NCBI GenBank assembly: GCA_012728595.1
Contig: JAAYEU010000034.1
Coordinates: 3,328-67,327, forward strand
Reading direction: 5' to 3'
Origin: Tissierellia bacterium
Lineage (GTDB): Bacteria; Bacillota; Clostridia; Tissierellales; Tepidimicrobiaceae
DNA length: 64,000 nt
A program made the translations under genes and the position numbers. Shown piece by piece: positions 8,830 through 21,524 of the stretch. The notes under the pieces were generated by a model. The model ran no database searches. It saw only the letters and a program-made list of their open reading frames with translations, and was not told where the DNA came from. Every line of letters begins with the position of its first letter. The stretch's first letter is position 1.

Positions 8830-8904
8830 TTTAGCCAATGAATTTTAAATGGGGATATGGGCATATTATTAAAAACATATTTTATATGCTTTTAGGAGGA
8901 AAGT

Positions 8905-9519
8905 ATGGGAAGCTTATACAAGGATAAATTAAATAAAAGATTGAAAGAGGAGAAGAAAAGGATTTTAAATATATTAAAAAGAATGGAAAATAGTGAGGAG
9001 TTTGGTGCAATGGATGAGTATCATAGCGAATTATCTACTTATGATAACCATCCAGCCGATCTTGGAACTGAATTGTTTTTGATGGAACATAATAGGGGGT
9101 TAGTGGACCAGTTAAAGAATACTCTGATGGAAATAGAAGAGTCCTTGGATCAATTAAAGAAAGATGACTACGGCCTATGTAAGGTCTGTGGGGGAAAAAT
9201 AGCTGAAGAGAGGCTAGAGATAATTCCCTACACCAAGTTGTGCATCCATTGTGCTAATAAAAAGATACCCTTAGATAAAAAAAGGCAGTTTAGACCAGAG
9301 GAGGAAGATTCCATAAGTCCTTTTAGCAAAAGTCATAGGGAAGGGAATCTATTCGACAGAGAAGACAGTTTACAGGAAGTTGCTAGGTATAATAGGATAG
9401 AAAATGACCCTTCCTTTGGAACGGGGGACGATTTAGGAGTATATGATGATGAGGATAGCGGAGTAGTTGAGGATGTTGAAAAGATATCAGAAGATTACTA
9501 TGATGAAACAATGAAATAG
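8905..9519 (+). CDS. ylyA: DksA/TraR C4 zinc-finger family protein (YlyA/YteA-like)
   Basis: 204 aa. Coiled-coil N-terminus, YDNHPADLGTE motif, CKVCGGKI...CIHC zinc finger. Position immediately upstream of lspA, as for B. subtilis ylyA. Confidence 0.8.
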   Translation: MGSLYKDKLNKRLKEEKKRILNILKRMENSEEFGAMDEYHSELSTYDNHPADLGTELFLMEHNRGLVDQLKNTLMEIEESLDQLKKDDYGLCKVCGGKIAEERLEIIPYTKLCIHCANKKIPLDKKRQFRPEEEDSISPFSKSHREGNLFDREDSLQEVARYNRIENDPSFGTGDDLGVYDDEDSGVVEDVEKISEDYYDETMK

Positions 9520-9528
9520 ATGCTGGTA

Positions 9529-9564
9529 AGAAGGCTTTCATAATTTGAGTGGAAGCCTTTTTTA
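9529..9564 (+). terminator. Rho-independent terminator after ylyA
   Basis: Stem aaggctt(9531-9537)/aagcctt(9553-9559), followed by a T-run. Confidence 0.6.
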
Positions 9565-9659
9565 ATGAAAGCAGCAGATAAACCTAAACCATTATTGTAA
9601 TTAAACTAATTATGATTTAAAATAGTAATATATTTGATTTCTATAAGGAGGAAAATATT

Positions 9660-10115
9660 TTGCTGTATTTACTAGGATTTATTATCATCATAATAGACCA
9701 AGTTACTAAATTTCTTGCGGTAAAATTTTTAAAGGGGAAAAGTCCCTATATAGTAATTGAGAACTTTTTCCGACTATGTTATGTGGAAAATGCCGGAGCT
9801 GCTTTCGGAATATTGCAGAATAAAAAGCTTTTTTTTGTCATAATAACCTTCTTTGTAATTATAACCATCCTAATCTTTCTTACTAAATACTCCAGTAGCA
9901 TAACCTCACTATTTAAAATTGGTTTAATTATGCTATTAGGAGGAGCTATAGGCAATTTTATTGATAGGATTAGATTAGGTTATGTAGTAGATTTTTTAAG
10001 TTTTAAACTGGGGAAAAATTATAATTTTCCCGTATTTAATGTGGCAGACATATTCATAGTTTTAGGTACCATACTAGTAATGGGCTTAATACTACTTGAC
10101 AAATACGAGAATTGA
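9660..10115 (+). CDS. lspA: Lipoprotein signal peptidase II
   Basis: 151 aa, 4 TM. VENAGAAFG and FNVADIFIVLG motifs. TTG start 9 nt after AAGGAGG. Confidence 0.92.
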   Translation: MLYLLGFIIIIIDQVTKFLAVKFLKGKSPYIVIENFFRLCYVENAGAAFGILQNKKLFFVIITFFVIITILIFLTKYSSSITSLFKIGLIMLLGGAIGNFIDRIRLGYVVDFLSFKLGKNYNFPVFNVADIFIVLGTILVMGLILLDKYEN

Positions 10116-10123
10116 GGGATTAT

Positions 10124-11592
<1,469 letters not shown>

Positions 11593-11610
<18 letters not shown>

Positions 11611-13359
11611 GATGCTTTCAACCCTTTCTTTACTAGGGGTAACAAATATGGTACTAAAGTTTTCATATATGACCATTCCACCTTTAGCTTTTTTTGGTTT
11701 TTTAACATTTTTCTTTTCCGTATAATCTACAGGAACATTGGTGGAATTTTTTCCCTTACTATAATAGGCTGCTAATATGGCAGCTTCTTCTAAAGTGGAA
11801 TTGGGTATTTCCCTGTTTTCAACCTTTAGTATTACATGGCTGCCAGGTATTTTTTGGGTATGAAACCATAGATCTTCTTTTTGGGCGAATTTTAAAGTTA
11901 AATAATCATTTTGTTTGTTGTTTTTGCCAACATATATATGGAATCCATCTGATGATATATAGTGATGAGGTTTAGAAGTCGTCTTTTTCTTCCCCTTCTT
12001 CAATTTTCCTTTTAAATACCCTTCCTTTATCAGTTCTTCTTTTATTTCCTCAATTTCATCTACTTGAGTACAATTATCAATGCTATTCATGATATTTTCC
12101 AAGTAGTAAACTTCTTCTTCAGTTTCTGGAATTTGTTTTAGTAACAGCTGATGGGCATTTTTTAATTTAGAATATTTCTTATAATAGTTTTGAGCATTTT
12201 CTTGAGGAGAATATTTTTTATCTAATGGAATTGTAATCACTTCCATATTTTCCGAATAAAAGTTCTCCAATTGAATCTCTTCCATTCCTTTATCAATTCT
12301 GTGGATATTTGCAGATATCAAATCAGCGTATATCTTATAAATTTCCCTATTCTTGCTCTTTAACAATTCCTCTTTTTGTTTAGCTAATTTATTTGAAGAA
12401 CGTGTTAGTTTTGTTTGTACTGACTTTTTAAGGGCTTGGGCTTTTTGATTTACCCTATCCATCATGTCATTTTTTCTATAGTATTCATCTAGCACTTTGC
12501 TAATAGAATCTAAATAAAGTTTATTCTTTCCTAAATGATCAATATCTAGGCTATAAAAGCCTATAAAGTTGTTGCTGTATTCGTTTTTTATTAAAATAGG
12601 ATTGAAATCCTCAGCTTTCAACTTATCCATAATATTTTTAAAGGAAGCAAAAATATTTTCCTTCTCTTCTATGTTAAGGCTTGCTAAAGGTACATCTATT
12701 TGGACATTTGCCTGATAACATATTTCTTTAGCAATTAAAGGACCTAACCCTATATAGTTGGTATAGAAATGTTTAAAGACCTGCTTATTTCCATTATCTT
12801 CATCCATAAGTTTTATAAATATTTCTTTTCCTATATCCAGTGGATTTAACTTATTATCTTGTTTGGGAGGGAAGTATTCTTTGCCGGGTAAAACCTGCCT
12901 GATTCTGCTCATATCATGGGTTACCCTAGTTATAGAGTCAATAATCCTATTACTAGTTTTATCAATTAGAATAATATTGCTGTATTTTCCCATGATTTCT
13001 ACTACCAATCTTTTTTCGGTTCTACTTCCTAATTCATCTAGGGAAGAAATATCTATAAAGATAACTCTATCCATATCCAACTGTTCGATATTGGAAATTA
13101 GTCCTCTACCTAAATGTTTTCTTAGCAGCATACAGAACATAGGGGGAGAGGATGGATTAGACTTATCATGATTGGTAAGATGGATTCTTGGATTATTACT
13201 GCTTGCTGAAATTAGCAATTTATTGTTCTTACCCTTATTATATACCTGTATAAGTATTTCATCTTTCTCGTGTTGATAGATTTTATCTACTCTTCCTCCT
13301 AATATGGTATTTTTAAATTCCTTAACTATGGCTTTTGTAACGATTCCATCTAAGGACAT
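11593..13359 (-). CDS. rqcH: Ribosome quality-control factor RqcH (NFACT family; FbpA/YloA)
   Basis: 588 aa. MSLDGIVTKAIVKEF... NFACT-N start, central coiled coil, C-terminal WFHTQKIPGSHVIL (NFACT-R/DUF814). Confidence 0.9.
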
Positions 13360-13508
13360 ATAAACTCCTCCCCATTTATTGATAATATAATTATAACATT
13401 TTAATATATTTAAACAACTAAGGGTTTTTTGATAGAATATTAATTGATATTTTAATAATCATTTATAAATTTTTTATTTGTTGTGATAAAATAATATTTG
13501 CTATTCCA

Positions 13509-13536
13509 TTGACAATAGGAAATTAGCTGGTATCAT
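13509..13536 (+). promoter_or_regulatory. Sigma-A-type promoter upstream of yicC
   Basis: TTGACA (13509-13514), 16-nt spacer, TGg-TATCAT (13531-13536). Confidence 0.5.
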
Positions 13537-13563
13537 ATATTCATATAGGGAGATGATAAATAC

Positions 13564-14445
13564 ATGATTTATAGCATGACGGGCTTTGGCAGAGGAACCA
13601 GTACAGATGGAGTACATAATTTTAACTTAGAGGTTAAAACTGTTAATCATAGGTACTTGGATGTTATAATAAAAATGCCCAAACATCTTAATTATTTGGA
13701 AGAAAAAATAAAAAGGAGAATTAAGAATAGGATTAAAAGAGGAAGGGTAGAGGTATATGTAAGCCTAGAATACATTAATGAAGCAGCCATGGATGTTAAA
13801 ATAGATATTCCTTTAGCTAAAGCCTATAAAGCTGGTCTAGATTTGATAATTGAAGAGCTAAATTTACAAGATGAAGTTAAACTCAACCATCTTTTAACCC
13901 TTCCAGAAATAGTTAAAGCTGAAAGAATGGAACTAGATGAAGATGCAACTTGGAACTGTTTGAAGCCTGCTTTGGATATGGCACTAGATAGAGTAATTGA
14001 AATGAGAAGAGAGGAAGGAACCTCACTTAAAGAGGATATAGAATCCCAGCTGATGGAGATTGAAAAACTGATTATAAAGATTGAACAAAGGGCTCCATTA
14101 GTTGTAGAGGAATATAGAGATAAGCTCAAAAATAGAATCCGTGAGCTTTTAGATGAAGAATATGATTTAGATGAAGATAGATTGAATAATGAAATTGCTT
14201 TTTTTGCCGATAAGTCGGATATCAATGAGGAGATAGTTAGAATAAATAGCCACATTAAACAATTTTTGAATGCTATAGAAGAAGGGGATGTAGTTGGTAG
14301 AAAATTAGATTTTATTATACAGGAGCTGAACAGAGAGATAAACACCATTGGTTCAAAGGCAAATGATTTAGTAATAGGGAATCTGGTAGTTGAAATAAAA
14401 AGCCAATTGGAGAAGATTAGAGAACAAGTACAAAATATAGAATGA
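13564..14445 (+). CDS. yicC: YicC/YloC family endoribonuclease
   Basis: 293 aa. MIYSMTGFG start and C-terminal DUF1732-like EINTIGSKAN motif. Confidence 0.9.
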   Translation: MIYSMTGFGRGTSTDGVHNFNLEVKTVNHRYLDVIIKMPKHLNYLEEKIKRRIKNRIKRGRVEVYVSLEYINEAAMDVKIDIPLAKAYKAGLDLIIEELNLQDEVKLNHLLTLPEIVKAERMELDEDATWNCLKPALDMALDRVIEMRREEGTSLKEDIESQLMEIEKLIIKIEQRAPLVVEEYRDKLKNRIRELLDEEYDLDEDRLNNEIAFFADKSDINEEIVRINSHIKQFLNAIEEGDVVGRKLDFIIQELNREINTIGSKANDLVIGNLVVEIKSQLEKIREQVQNIE

Positions 14446-14461
14446 TAGAGGAGGGCAATAA

Positions 14462-14728
14462 ATGAGTATTAAATTAATCAATATCGGCTTTGGCAATATA
14501 GTTTCTGCAAATAGAATTATTGCAATAGTAAGTCCAGAATCAGCACCTATCAAGAGAATGATACAGGACGCAAGGGACAGTAGTATTCTAATAGATGCTA
14601 CTTATGGAAGGAGAACTAGGGCGGTAATCATTACCGATAGCAATCATATTATACTATCGGCAGTCCAGCCAGAAACTGTAGCTCAAAGATTAAATAGTAA
14701 ATTTAGCGATAAATTAGCACAAGAATAG
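14462..14728 (+). CDS. remA: Extracellular matrix/biofilm regulator RemA (DUF370, YlzA)
   Basis: 88 aa. [30 protein letters not shown]...[25 protein letters not shown] is near-invariant RemA sequence. Confidence 0.93.
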   Translation: MSIKLINIGFGNIVSANRIIAIVSPESAPIKRMIQDARDSSILIDATYGRRTRAVIITDSNHIILSAVQPETVAQRLNSKFSDKLAQE

Positions 14729-14743
14729 GAAGGGAGTAGTAAG

Positions 14744-15346
14744 ATGTCAAAGGGTTTTTTGTTGGTTATATCAGGACCTTCTGGCTCTGGGAAGGGTACA
14801 GTATGTAAACATATCTTAGAGAGAAATGAAAAGTTGGTTTTTTCAGTTTCAGCCACTACAAGAGCACCTAGAAGAGGGGAAGAAGATGGAGTAAACTATT
14901 TTTTCGTGGATGAGGAAAGCTTTAAAGAAATGGTTGAAAATGATGAATTCTTGGAATATGCAAATGTACATGGCAACTTTTATGGTACTCCAAAAAAATT
15001 CGTATTAGAGCAAATTGAAAAGGGCGAAATAGTAATATTGGAAATAGATGTTCAAGGAGCGTTGCAGGTAAAGGAATCTTATCCCGAAGCCGTATTTGTT
15101 TTTCTACTACCGCCATCTATGAGTGAACTAAAAAACAGGATTAAAAAGAGGGGTACTGAATCGCAAGAGGATATAGACCTTAGATTTAAAAATGCTTTTG
15201 AAGAACTTAAATTTGTTGATGAGTATGATTATATAGTTATAAATGACGAAGTACCAGAGGCAGTTAAAAAAATAGAAACCATAATTGGAGCAGAAAAATT
15301 AAAGGTAAAAAGATTAAGAAATATTATCGACAGTATTCTAGATTAA
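14744..15346 (+). CDS. gmk: Guanylate kinase
   Basis: 200 aa. P-loop GPSGSGKGT, SATTRAPRRGEEDGVNYFF. Confidence 0.95.
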   Translation: MSKGFLLVISGPSGSGKGTVCKHILERNEKLVFSVSATTRAPRRGEEDGVNYFFVDEESFKEMVENDEFLEYANVHGNFYGTPKKFVLEQIEKGEIVILEIDVQGALQVKESYPEAVFVFLLPPSMSELKNRIKKRGTESQEDIDLRFKNAFEELKFVDEYDYIVINDEVPEAVKKIETIIGAEKLKVKRLRNIIDSILD

Positions 15347-15357
15347 GGAGGGTTTTT

Positions 15358-15567
15358 ATGTATAGTCCATCACTAAATGAACTAGCTAAAATTGCCGATA
15401 GCCGATACACCTTAGTCATGCTAGCTGCAAAAAGATCAAGGCAGCTAGTAGATGGAGCTAAACCATTAATTGAGACGGATTCTACTAAACCTGTAACTAT
15501 TGCTATTGAAGAAATAATGGCCAGAAAGATTAACTATAAAAAGCCTGAGATAAAAGGTTATAAGTAG
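15358..15567 (+). CDS. rpoZ: DNA-directed RNA polymerase subunit omega
   Basis: 69 aa. SRYTLVMLAAKRSRQL motif. gmk-rpoZ synteny. Confidence 0.92.
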   Translation: MYSPSLNELAKIADSRYTLVMLAAKRSRQLVDGAKPLIETDSTKPVTIAIEEIMARKINYKKPEIKGYK

Positions 15568-15575
15568 GTGAAAAT

Positions 15576-16784
15576 ATGCTTAAAGATAAAAATATTATAG
15601 TGGGAGTAACTGGGGGAATTGCCGCTTATAAAGCTGCTGATCTTGTAAGCAGATTAAAAAAGGAAGGGGCAAATGTAGAAGTAATTATGACTGAAAATGC
15701 TACTAAGTTCGTTTCTCCCTTGACCTTTCAAACTTTAGCTTTAAATCCAGTCTATAAGGAAATGTTTAAGGAACCAAGAAATTATGATGTAGAACATATA
15801 TCTTTGGCTGAAAAAGCAGACATGTTCTTAATTGCCCCTGCCACTGCCAATGTAATAGGTAAGATTGCCAATGGAATTGCCGATGACCTATTAACTACCA
15901 CCATAATGGCAACCAAGGCCAGGGTAGTTTTTGCTCCTGCTATGAATACCAATATGTATATAAACCCTATCTTTCAAAGGAATATGGAATATTTAAAGGA
16001 ACTTGGTTATGAGTTCATAAGCCCGGGAGTAGGTATGTTAGCATGTCAAACTTATGGGCCTGGCAGGATGGCAGAGCCTGCTGATATTGTGGAATATGTT
16101 AAAAACAGTTTCTGTAATAAAGATTTGATCGGAAAAAAATTTCTAGTTACTGCTGGACCCACTATAGAGCCTATAGACCCGGTAAGATATGTTACAAACC
16201 ATTCTAGTGGGAAGATGGGATACAAGATCGCAGAAGAAGGTCAAAAGAGAGGAGCTGAGGTTATTTTAATTACTGGACCGACCCATTTAACGCCTCCAGA
16301 AGGAGTAAAGCTTATAAGGGTTAATACAACTATGGAAATGTTTAATGCCGTTAAGGATCACTTTGATGAATGCCATGTATTAATAAAGGCTGCAGCTCCA
16401 TTAGATTATAGGCCTGAAGTGGTAAGTGATGTGAAGATAAAGAAAAAAGATACTGAAAAGGATGAACTGAATATAAAATATATAAGAAATCCCGATATCC
16501 TAGACCATTTTGGTAATAGGAAGAAGGAACAAATAGTAGTTGGTTTTGCAGCAGAGACCAATGATCTAGTAGAAAATGCCAGGGAAAAGTTGCAAAAGAA
16601 AAACCTAGATTTTATTGTCGCTAATGATATCTCTAGGGATGGAGCTGGGTTTAAATTGGACACTAACGTAATTACCATAATAGATAAAGCGGGAAATGTT
16701 ATAGATTATCCTATTTTAGATAAAGGAGAGGTAGCTAGGATAATAATAGACAAAGTAAAAGCAATGATGGAGAATAAAAGCTAG
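15576..16784 (+). CDS. coaBC: Bifunctional phosphopantothenoylcysteine decarboxylase / synthetase
   Basis: 402 aa. Flavoprotein N-domain GVTGGIAAYKA and CoaB C-domain (TNHSSGKMG). Confidence 0.93.
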   Translation: MLKDKNIIVGVTGGIAAYKAADLVSRLKKEGANVEVIMTENATKFVSPLTFQTLALNPVYKEMFKEPRNYDVEHISLAEKADMFLIAPATANVIGKIANGIADDLLTTTIMATKARVVFAPAMNTNMYINPIFQRNMEYLKELGYEFISPGVGMLACQTYGPGRMAEPADIVEYVKNSFCNKDLIGKKFLVTAGPTIEPIDPVRYVTNHSSGKMGYKIAEEGQKRGAEVILITGPTHLTPPEGVKLIRVNTTMEMFNAVKDHFDECHVLIKAAAPLDYRPEVVSDVKIKKKDTEKDELNIKYIRNPDILDHFGNRKKEQIVVGFAAETNDLVENAREKLQKKNLDFIVANDISRDGAGFKLDTNVITIIDKAGNVIDYPILDKGEVARIIIDKVKAMMENKS

Positions 16785-16810
16785 ATGACCAATAATCTAG
16801 CTTTTATCTT
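16776..16810 (+). terminator. Hairpin overlapping the coaBC stop (probable terminator)
   Basis: aaaagctaga(16776-16785)/tctagctttt(16796-16805), 10-nt loop, T-rich tail. Confidence 0.5.
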
Positions 16811-16830
16811 TAATAAAAAGGAATGATTTT

Positions 16831-19308
16831 ATGGACAAAAGATATGCCCAGGTGATTATAGATAATAAAGCTTCAAATACTGATAAGCCTTATACATATA
16901 TTATTGATGCTGATATGGTGGAAGTAGTAGAAGTAGGAATGAGAGTCTTGGTCCCTTTTGGGATAGGAAATAGGATCGTTAAGGGAATAGTTATAAAAAT
17001 AGAAGATGATTACACGGGTAAGTATCAGTTGAAAAAGATTGTTGATGTTATTGATGACAAGCCATTAATATCCAAGGACTTGATAGAATTGAGCCTATGG
17101 ATATCTAAGGAGTATTTATCACCCTATTATGACACCTTCAAAACTGTACTGCCGCCAGGAGATTTTAAGGAGATTAAATCCCATATAATATTAAAAAAGC
17201 TGGATAAGAAAACATATAGCAGTTTAGATTCCTTAGAAAAAGAAATAGTAGAAATAATCCAGAATAATGGTGGAAAAATAGAATTGGAGCATCTAAAAGG
17301 CCTGTTAAAAAATAGGATAACAAACAAGGTCATAAGAAAAATGGAGAAAAAAGAGATATTGACATCCTCTTTAGAGATTCAAACCTCTATAGAACCTAAA
17401 TATGAGAAATATGTTTCCCTTAAAGTTAAATTTAAGTCAGAAGAGGAAGTAATAGAAAAGATAGGGAAGAGAAGCTATAAGCAAATAGAAATTGCAAAAA
17501 CTTTAATAGATAGGGAGGAAATTTCCCTAAAGGAACTGATGACTAAAACCAATTCTTCCCTTAGTACCATAAAGCTTATGGAAAAGAAGGGATTTGTTGA
17601 AATAATTAATAAGGAAGTCTATAGGAATCCAATTAAAAAGGATATTAAACCCTATAGGAAGCATGAGTTAACCGAAGAGCAAAGAAAATGTTTTGATGCC
17701 ATTATGGAAAGCATCAAAAAAGGGGATATAAATAAATTTTTGATTCATGGTGTTACAGGAAGTGGAAAGACGGAAATCTATCTACAACTAGTGGAAGAGA
17801 TGATCAAGGAGGATAAAGATACTATAGTCTTGGTACCTGAAATTGCCCTAACTCCTCAGACTATACAGCGATTTGTGGGAAGGTTTGGGGAGAAGGTAGC
17901 AGTTTTGCATAGTAGGTTATCCTTTGGTGAAAGATTTGATCAATGGAGGAAAATAAAAGAGGGGAAGGTAAAAATAGCAGTAGGGGCTCGCTCAGCTGTA
18001 TTTGCTCCCTTTTCAAATTTAGGGCTAATCATAATAGATGAGGAACATGAAACTACCTATAAGTCTAGTATGAATCCTAAATATGATACCCTTAGGGTAG
18101 CAGAAAAACGCTGTGAACAATTAAAAGCCTCCCTAGTTATTGGTTCAGCTACTCCTTCTATTGAATCCTACTACAAGGGGGAAAATGGCCATTTTAAGAT
18201 GTTAAACTTAAATAAAAGGGCTACTAATCAAAAACTACCCCTTGTTAAAGTAGTTGATATGAGAGAGGAACTTAGTTCAGGAAATAGATCAATTTTTAGT
18301 AAGGAACTATACCAAGCCATCCATAAAAATCTAGAAAATGGTAAGCAAACCATCCTTTTTCTAAATAGAAGGGGTTATTCAACCTTTATTTCTTGTAGAC
18401 AATGTGGCTATGTAGTAAAATGTAGTAAATGCAGCATATCCATGACCTATCACTTAAGAGAAAATAGGTTGAAATGCCATTATTGTGGATTAGCTATTAA
18501 TCCACCAAATATCTGCCCTGCCTGTAAAAGTAAATATATCAAATTTTTTGGCATAGGTACCGAGAAGGTAGAGGAATATACAAAAAAATTGTTTCCAAAA
18601 GCTATTGTAAGAAGGATGGATATGGACACTACCAGCAAGAAAGGCAGTTATGAATCCATCTTAACAGATATGAGGGATGAAAAAATAGATATATTAATTG
18701 GAACCCAAATGGTAGCAAAGGGATTAGATTTTAGGAATGTAACTTTAGTAGGAATAATAGCAGCTGATACAAGCTTGAATTTGCCAGATTTTAGGTCATC
18801 AGAAAGAACTTTTCAGTTGATAACCCAAGTAGCAGGGAGGGCTGGCAGAGGTGATTTTGAAGGAAGGGTAATAATCCAAACCTATAATCCCAAACATTAT
18901 AGCATTCAGTTTTCAAAGGACCATAACTATTTAGATTTTTATAATAAAGAAATCCTATTAAGGAAAGAGTTCAATTATCCTCCTTTTACAAATATTATAT
19001 CCATAATTATTTACGGAACAGATGAGAAAAATGTTATAATAAAGAGTAGGGAGCTTTATGATTTGTTTATCGAAAAATTAAATCAAGTTAATCTTTACCA
19101 TTCGATAGATGATATTATTGGTCCTTTTCCAGCCCCTTTGGAAAGGATTAAAAATAATTTCAGATACCAAATATTAATAAAATGTAGTGATGAATATATG
19201 GAAAGATTAAAAACTGTAATAGAATGGGTATTTATAGATAATAGGAATAAAATAGATTTAAGAGGTATTAAATTCAATATAGATATTAACCCAAATTCAA
19301 TATTGTAG
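16831..19308 (+). CDS. priA: Primosomal replication restart helicase PriA
   Basis: 825 aa. Walker [16 protein letters not shown] box IIIDEEHE, Cys-rich zinc region [13 protein letters not shown]...CHYCG...CPACKS. Confidence 0.95.
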   Translation: MDKRYAQVIIDNKASNTDKPYTYIIDADMVEVVEVGMRVLVPFGIGNRIVKGIVIKIEDDYTGKYQLKKIVDVIDDKPLISKDLIELSLWISKEYLSPYYDTFKTVLPPGDFKEIKSHIILKKLDKKTYSSLDSLEKEIVEIIQNNGGKIELEHLKGLLKNRITNKVIRKMEKKEILTSSLEIQTSIEPKYEKYVSLKVKFKSEEEVIEKIGKRSYKQIEIAKTLIDREEISLKELMTKTNSSLSTIKLMEKKGFVEIINKEVYRNPIKKDIKPYRKHELTEEQRKCFDAIMESIKKGDINKFLIHGVTGSGKTEIYLQLVEEMIKEDKDTIVLVPEIALTPQTIQRFVGRFGEKVAVLHSRLSFGERFDQWRKIKEGKVKIAVGARSAVFAPFSNLGLIIIDEEHETTYKSSMNPKYDTLRVAEKRCEQLKASLVIGSATPSIESYYKGENGHFKMLNLNKRATNQKLPLVKVVDMREELSSGNRSIFSKELYQAIHKNLENGKQTILFLNRRGYSTFISCRQCGYVVKCSKCSISMTYHLRENRLKCHYCGLAINPPNICPACKSKYIKFFGIGTEKVEEYTKKLFPKAIVRRMDMDTTSKKGSYESILTDMRDEKIDILIGTQMVAKGLDFRNVTLVGIIAADTSLNLPDFRSSERTFQLITQVAGRAGRGDFEGRVIIQTYNPKHYSIQFSKDHNYLDFYNKEILLRKEFNYPPFTNIISIIIYGTDEKNVIIKSRELYDLFIEKLNQVNLYHSIDDIIGPFPAPLERIKNNFRYQILIKCSDEYMERLKTVIEWVFIDNRNKIDLRGIKFNIDINPNSIL

Positions 19309-19319
19309 GAGGAATAAAT

Positions 19320-19790
19320 ATGGCTATAAGACAGCTTAGATATGTTGGTGATCCAATTCTAAGAAAGACTTCAAAAAAAGTTACTGAGATAAACGAAAGG
19401 ATAAAAATTCTATTAGAGGATATGGTTGAAACCATGTACGAATATGAGGGTGTTGGCTTAGCAGCACCTCAAGTTGGAGTACTAAGAAGAGTAGTGGTAA
19501 TAGACGTAGGAGAAGGGCCAATAAAACTTATAAATCCAAAGATAATTGAAAAAGAAGGGGAAGTCATAGATGCAGAAGGCTGCCTAAGTATACCCAACAG
19601 GGTAGGAACAGTAAAAAGGCCAGAGAAGGTGAAGGTTGAGTATCTTGATGAAAATGGAGAGAAAAAGGTCATAGAAGGGACCGGACTTTTGGCAAAAGCC
19701 CTATGTCATGAAATTGATCATTTAGATGGAGTACTATTCATTGATAAGATGATTGAGGAATTAGTGTCAGAAGAAGATGAAGAAGAGTAA
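19320..19790 (+). CDS. def: Peptide deformylase
   Basis: 156 aa. [15 protein letters not shown] and HEIDHLDG motifs. Confidence 0.95.
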   Translation: MAIRQLRYVGDPILRKTSKKVTEINERIKILLEDMVETMYEYEGVGLAAPQVGVLRRVVVIDVGEGPIKLINPKIIEKEGEVIDAEGCLSIPNRVGTVKRPEKVKVEYLDENGEKKVIEGTGLLAKALCHEIDHLDGVLFIDKMIEELVSEEDEEE

Positions 19791-19801
19791 GAGGTGATAT
19801 T

Positions 19802-20731
19802 GTGAAAATTGTTTTCATGGGTACGCCAGAATTTGCTGTCCCGGCTTTAGAAGCTATAAAGAAAAGCGGAATTGAAATTTCATTAGTAATAAGCCAGAAG
19901 GATAAAAGAAGGGGTAGAGGAAAAAAACTACTCCCTACTCCTGTAAAGGAAAAGGCACTGGAATTAGGTTTAGATGTTTACCAGCCGGAAAATATAAACT
20001 CAGAGGAATCAGTGAATAAGCTAAGGGAAATCCAACCAGACTGTATAGTAGTGGTGGCCTATGGCCAAATATTAAAAAGAGATATATTGATCTTACCCCC
20101 TCATGGGTGTGTAAATATACACGCTTCCCTCTTACCTAAGTATAGGGGGGCCGCTCCTATCAACTGGGCTATTATAAGGGGAGAAAAGGAAACGGGTATA
20201 ACTATTATGAAAATGGATGAAGGATTGGATACTGGGGATATATTAAAATCTGAATCCATTCCTATAGAAGAGGAGGATGACTCCAGCTCCGTTCATGATA
20301 AATTATCCATACTTGGGGGTAAACTAATTGTCGAAACCTTAATAGATATGAAGAATGGTAATATAAAACCAATTCCACAAGACGATAATTTATCAAGTTA
20401 TGCCCCTATGTTAAATAAGGAGATGGGCAAAATAGATTGGAATAATGAAGGAGAAGATATCATTAATCTAATCAGGGGTTTAAAACCTTGGCCTTCTGCT
20501 TATATCATATATAAGGGTGAGAAAGTAAAAATTCATAAGGCAAAAAAAATTAAAAAGTTATTAGAAGGGGAGAATGGAAAGGTTGTTAAGGTACAGGATG
20601 ATGGAATTTATGTAAACTGTTCAGATTCCTGTATAGTTATTGAGGAATTACAATTTCCAGGTAAGAAAAACTTAAAGGTTAGTGAATTTTTAAGAGGCAA
20701 TCAGTTCGATTCAGATATCGTATTAGAATAA
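19802..20731 (+). CDS. fmt: Methionyl-tRNA formyltransferase
   Basis: 309 aa. HASLLPKYRGAAPI motif. def-fmt synteny. GTG start after GAGGTGA. Confidence 0.95.
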   Translation: MKIVFMGTPEFAVPALEAIKKSGIEISLVISQKDKRRGRGKKLLPTPVKEKALELGLDVYQPENINSEESVNKLREIQPDCIVVVAYGQILKRDILILPPHGCVNIHASLLPKYRGAAPINWAIIRGEKETGITIMKMDEGLDTGDILKSESIPIEEEDDSSSVHDKLSILGGKLIVETLIDMKNGNIKPIPQDDNLSSYAPMLNKEMGKIDWNNEGEDIINLIRGLKPWPSAYIIYKGEKVKIHKAKKIKKLLEGENGKVVKVQDDGIYVNCSDSCIVIEELQFPGKKNLKVSEFLRGNQFDSDIVLE

Positions 20732-20753
20732 TTTTAGTTATGGGAGGGATACT

Positions 20754-21464
20754 ATGTATGGTGGATATTACTATGGTGGATACTACGGCGGGATTGATGG
20801 TTTTGCCTTTTTACTATTAATACCTGCTCTATTATTTTCAATGTATGCCCAATTTAAAGTTTCATCATCCTTTAATAGGTATTTAAGGGTACAAAGTAGT
20901 TCTGGCTATACTGGTTATGAAGTGGCAAGGATGATACTGGATAGAAATGGATTACATGATGTTAGAGTTGAACCGATAGGAGGTAATTTAACTGACCATT
21001 ATGACCCTAGAAGTAGAGTAATAAGGTTGTCTAGAAATGTCTACAATGGAAGGTCAGTTGCAGCAGTAGCTGTAGCAGCCCATGAAGTTGGCCATGCCAT
21101 ACAACATGGAGAAGGATATTTTCCTCTTATCTTAAGAAATAATATTGCACCTATTGCAAGCATTGGTGCAAGATTTGTTTGGATTTTAATATTACTAGGA
21201 TTTGTCATTAGCCCATTTTTAATAGAACTAGGAATATTACTCTATGTTGCAGTAGTTTTATTTCAAGTGGTTACACTTCCAGTTGAATTCAATGCAAGTA
21301 GGCGAGCTTTATACCAGTTGGAAAATGGAATAATTTATAGAGATGAAGTAGATTCTTCTAAAAAGGTTTTAACTGCTGCTGCCCTAACTTATGTTGCGGC
21401 CACTCTAGTAGCATTAGCTCAGTTACTAAGACTCTTTGCAATCTTTGGTAGAAGAAGGGATTAA
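20754..21464 (+). CDS. Membrane zinc metallopeptidase, YugP/Zn_peptidase_2 family
   Basis: 236 aa. HEVGHAIQH zinc motif, N-terminal and C-terminal TM segments. Confidence 0.8.
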   Translation: MYGGYYYGGYYGGIDGFAFLLLIPALLFSMYAQFKVSSSFNRYLRVQSSSGYTGYEVARMILDRNGLHDVRVEPIGGNLTDHYDPRSRVIRLSRNVYNGRSVAAVAVAAHEVGHAIQHGEGYFPLILRNNIAPIASIGARFVWILILLGFVISPFLIELGILLYVAVVLFQVVTLPVEFNASRRALYQLENGIIYRDEVDSSKKVLTAAALTYVAATLVALAQLLRLFAIFGRRRD

Positions 21465-21481
21465 TAAACTGGGATTTCAGC

Positions 21482-21514
21482 TTTGCCTGGGGCTTGCCCC
21501 AGGCAAAATATTTT
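21482..21514 (+). terminator. Rho-independent terminator after the metallopeptidase gene
   Basis: tttgcctgggg(21482-21492)-cttg-ccccaggcaaa(21497-21507), then atatttta. Confidence 0.65.
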
Positions 21515-21524
21515 ATAGGGAGAG

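Noticed and set aside
13824-14348. 174-aa minus-strand ORF
   Set aside because: It is antisense to yicC and has low-complexity Ser/Leu/Ile content. The same explanation applies to the other minus-strand ORFs nested in smc (43485-43712, 43833-44234), coaBC, priA, prkC, ackA and ylqG.
16831-19308. Unusually long priA (825 aa) possibly carrying an insertion or intein
   Set aside because: The length is normal for Firmicute PriA, which has extra winged-helix N-terminal domains. The helicase motifs and zinc region are contiguous, with no intein blocks.
20754-20795. Gly/Tyr-rich start (MYGGYYYGGYYGG) of the zinc metallopeptidase
   Set aside because: It is a short low-complexity N-terminal tail ahead of the first TM helix of a YugP-type peptidase. 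There is no evidence for a separate function or a repeat expansion.
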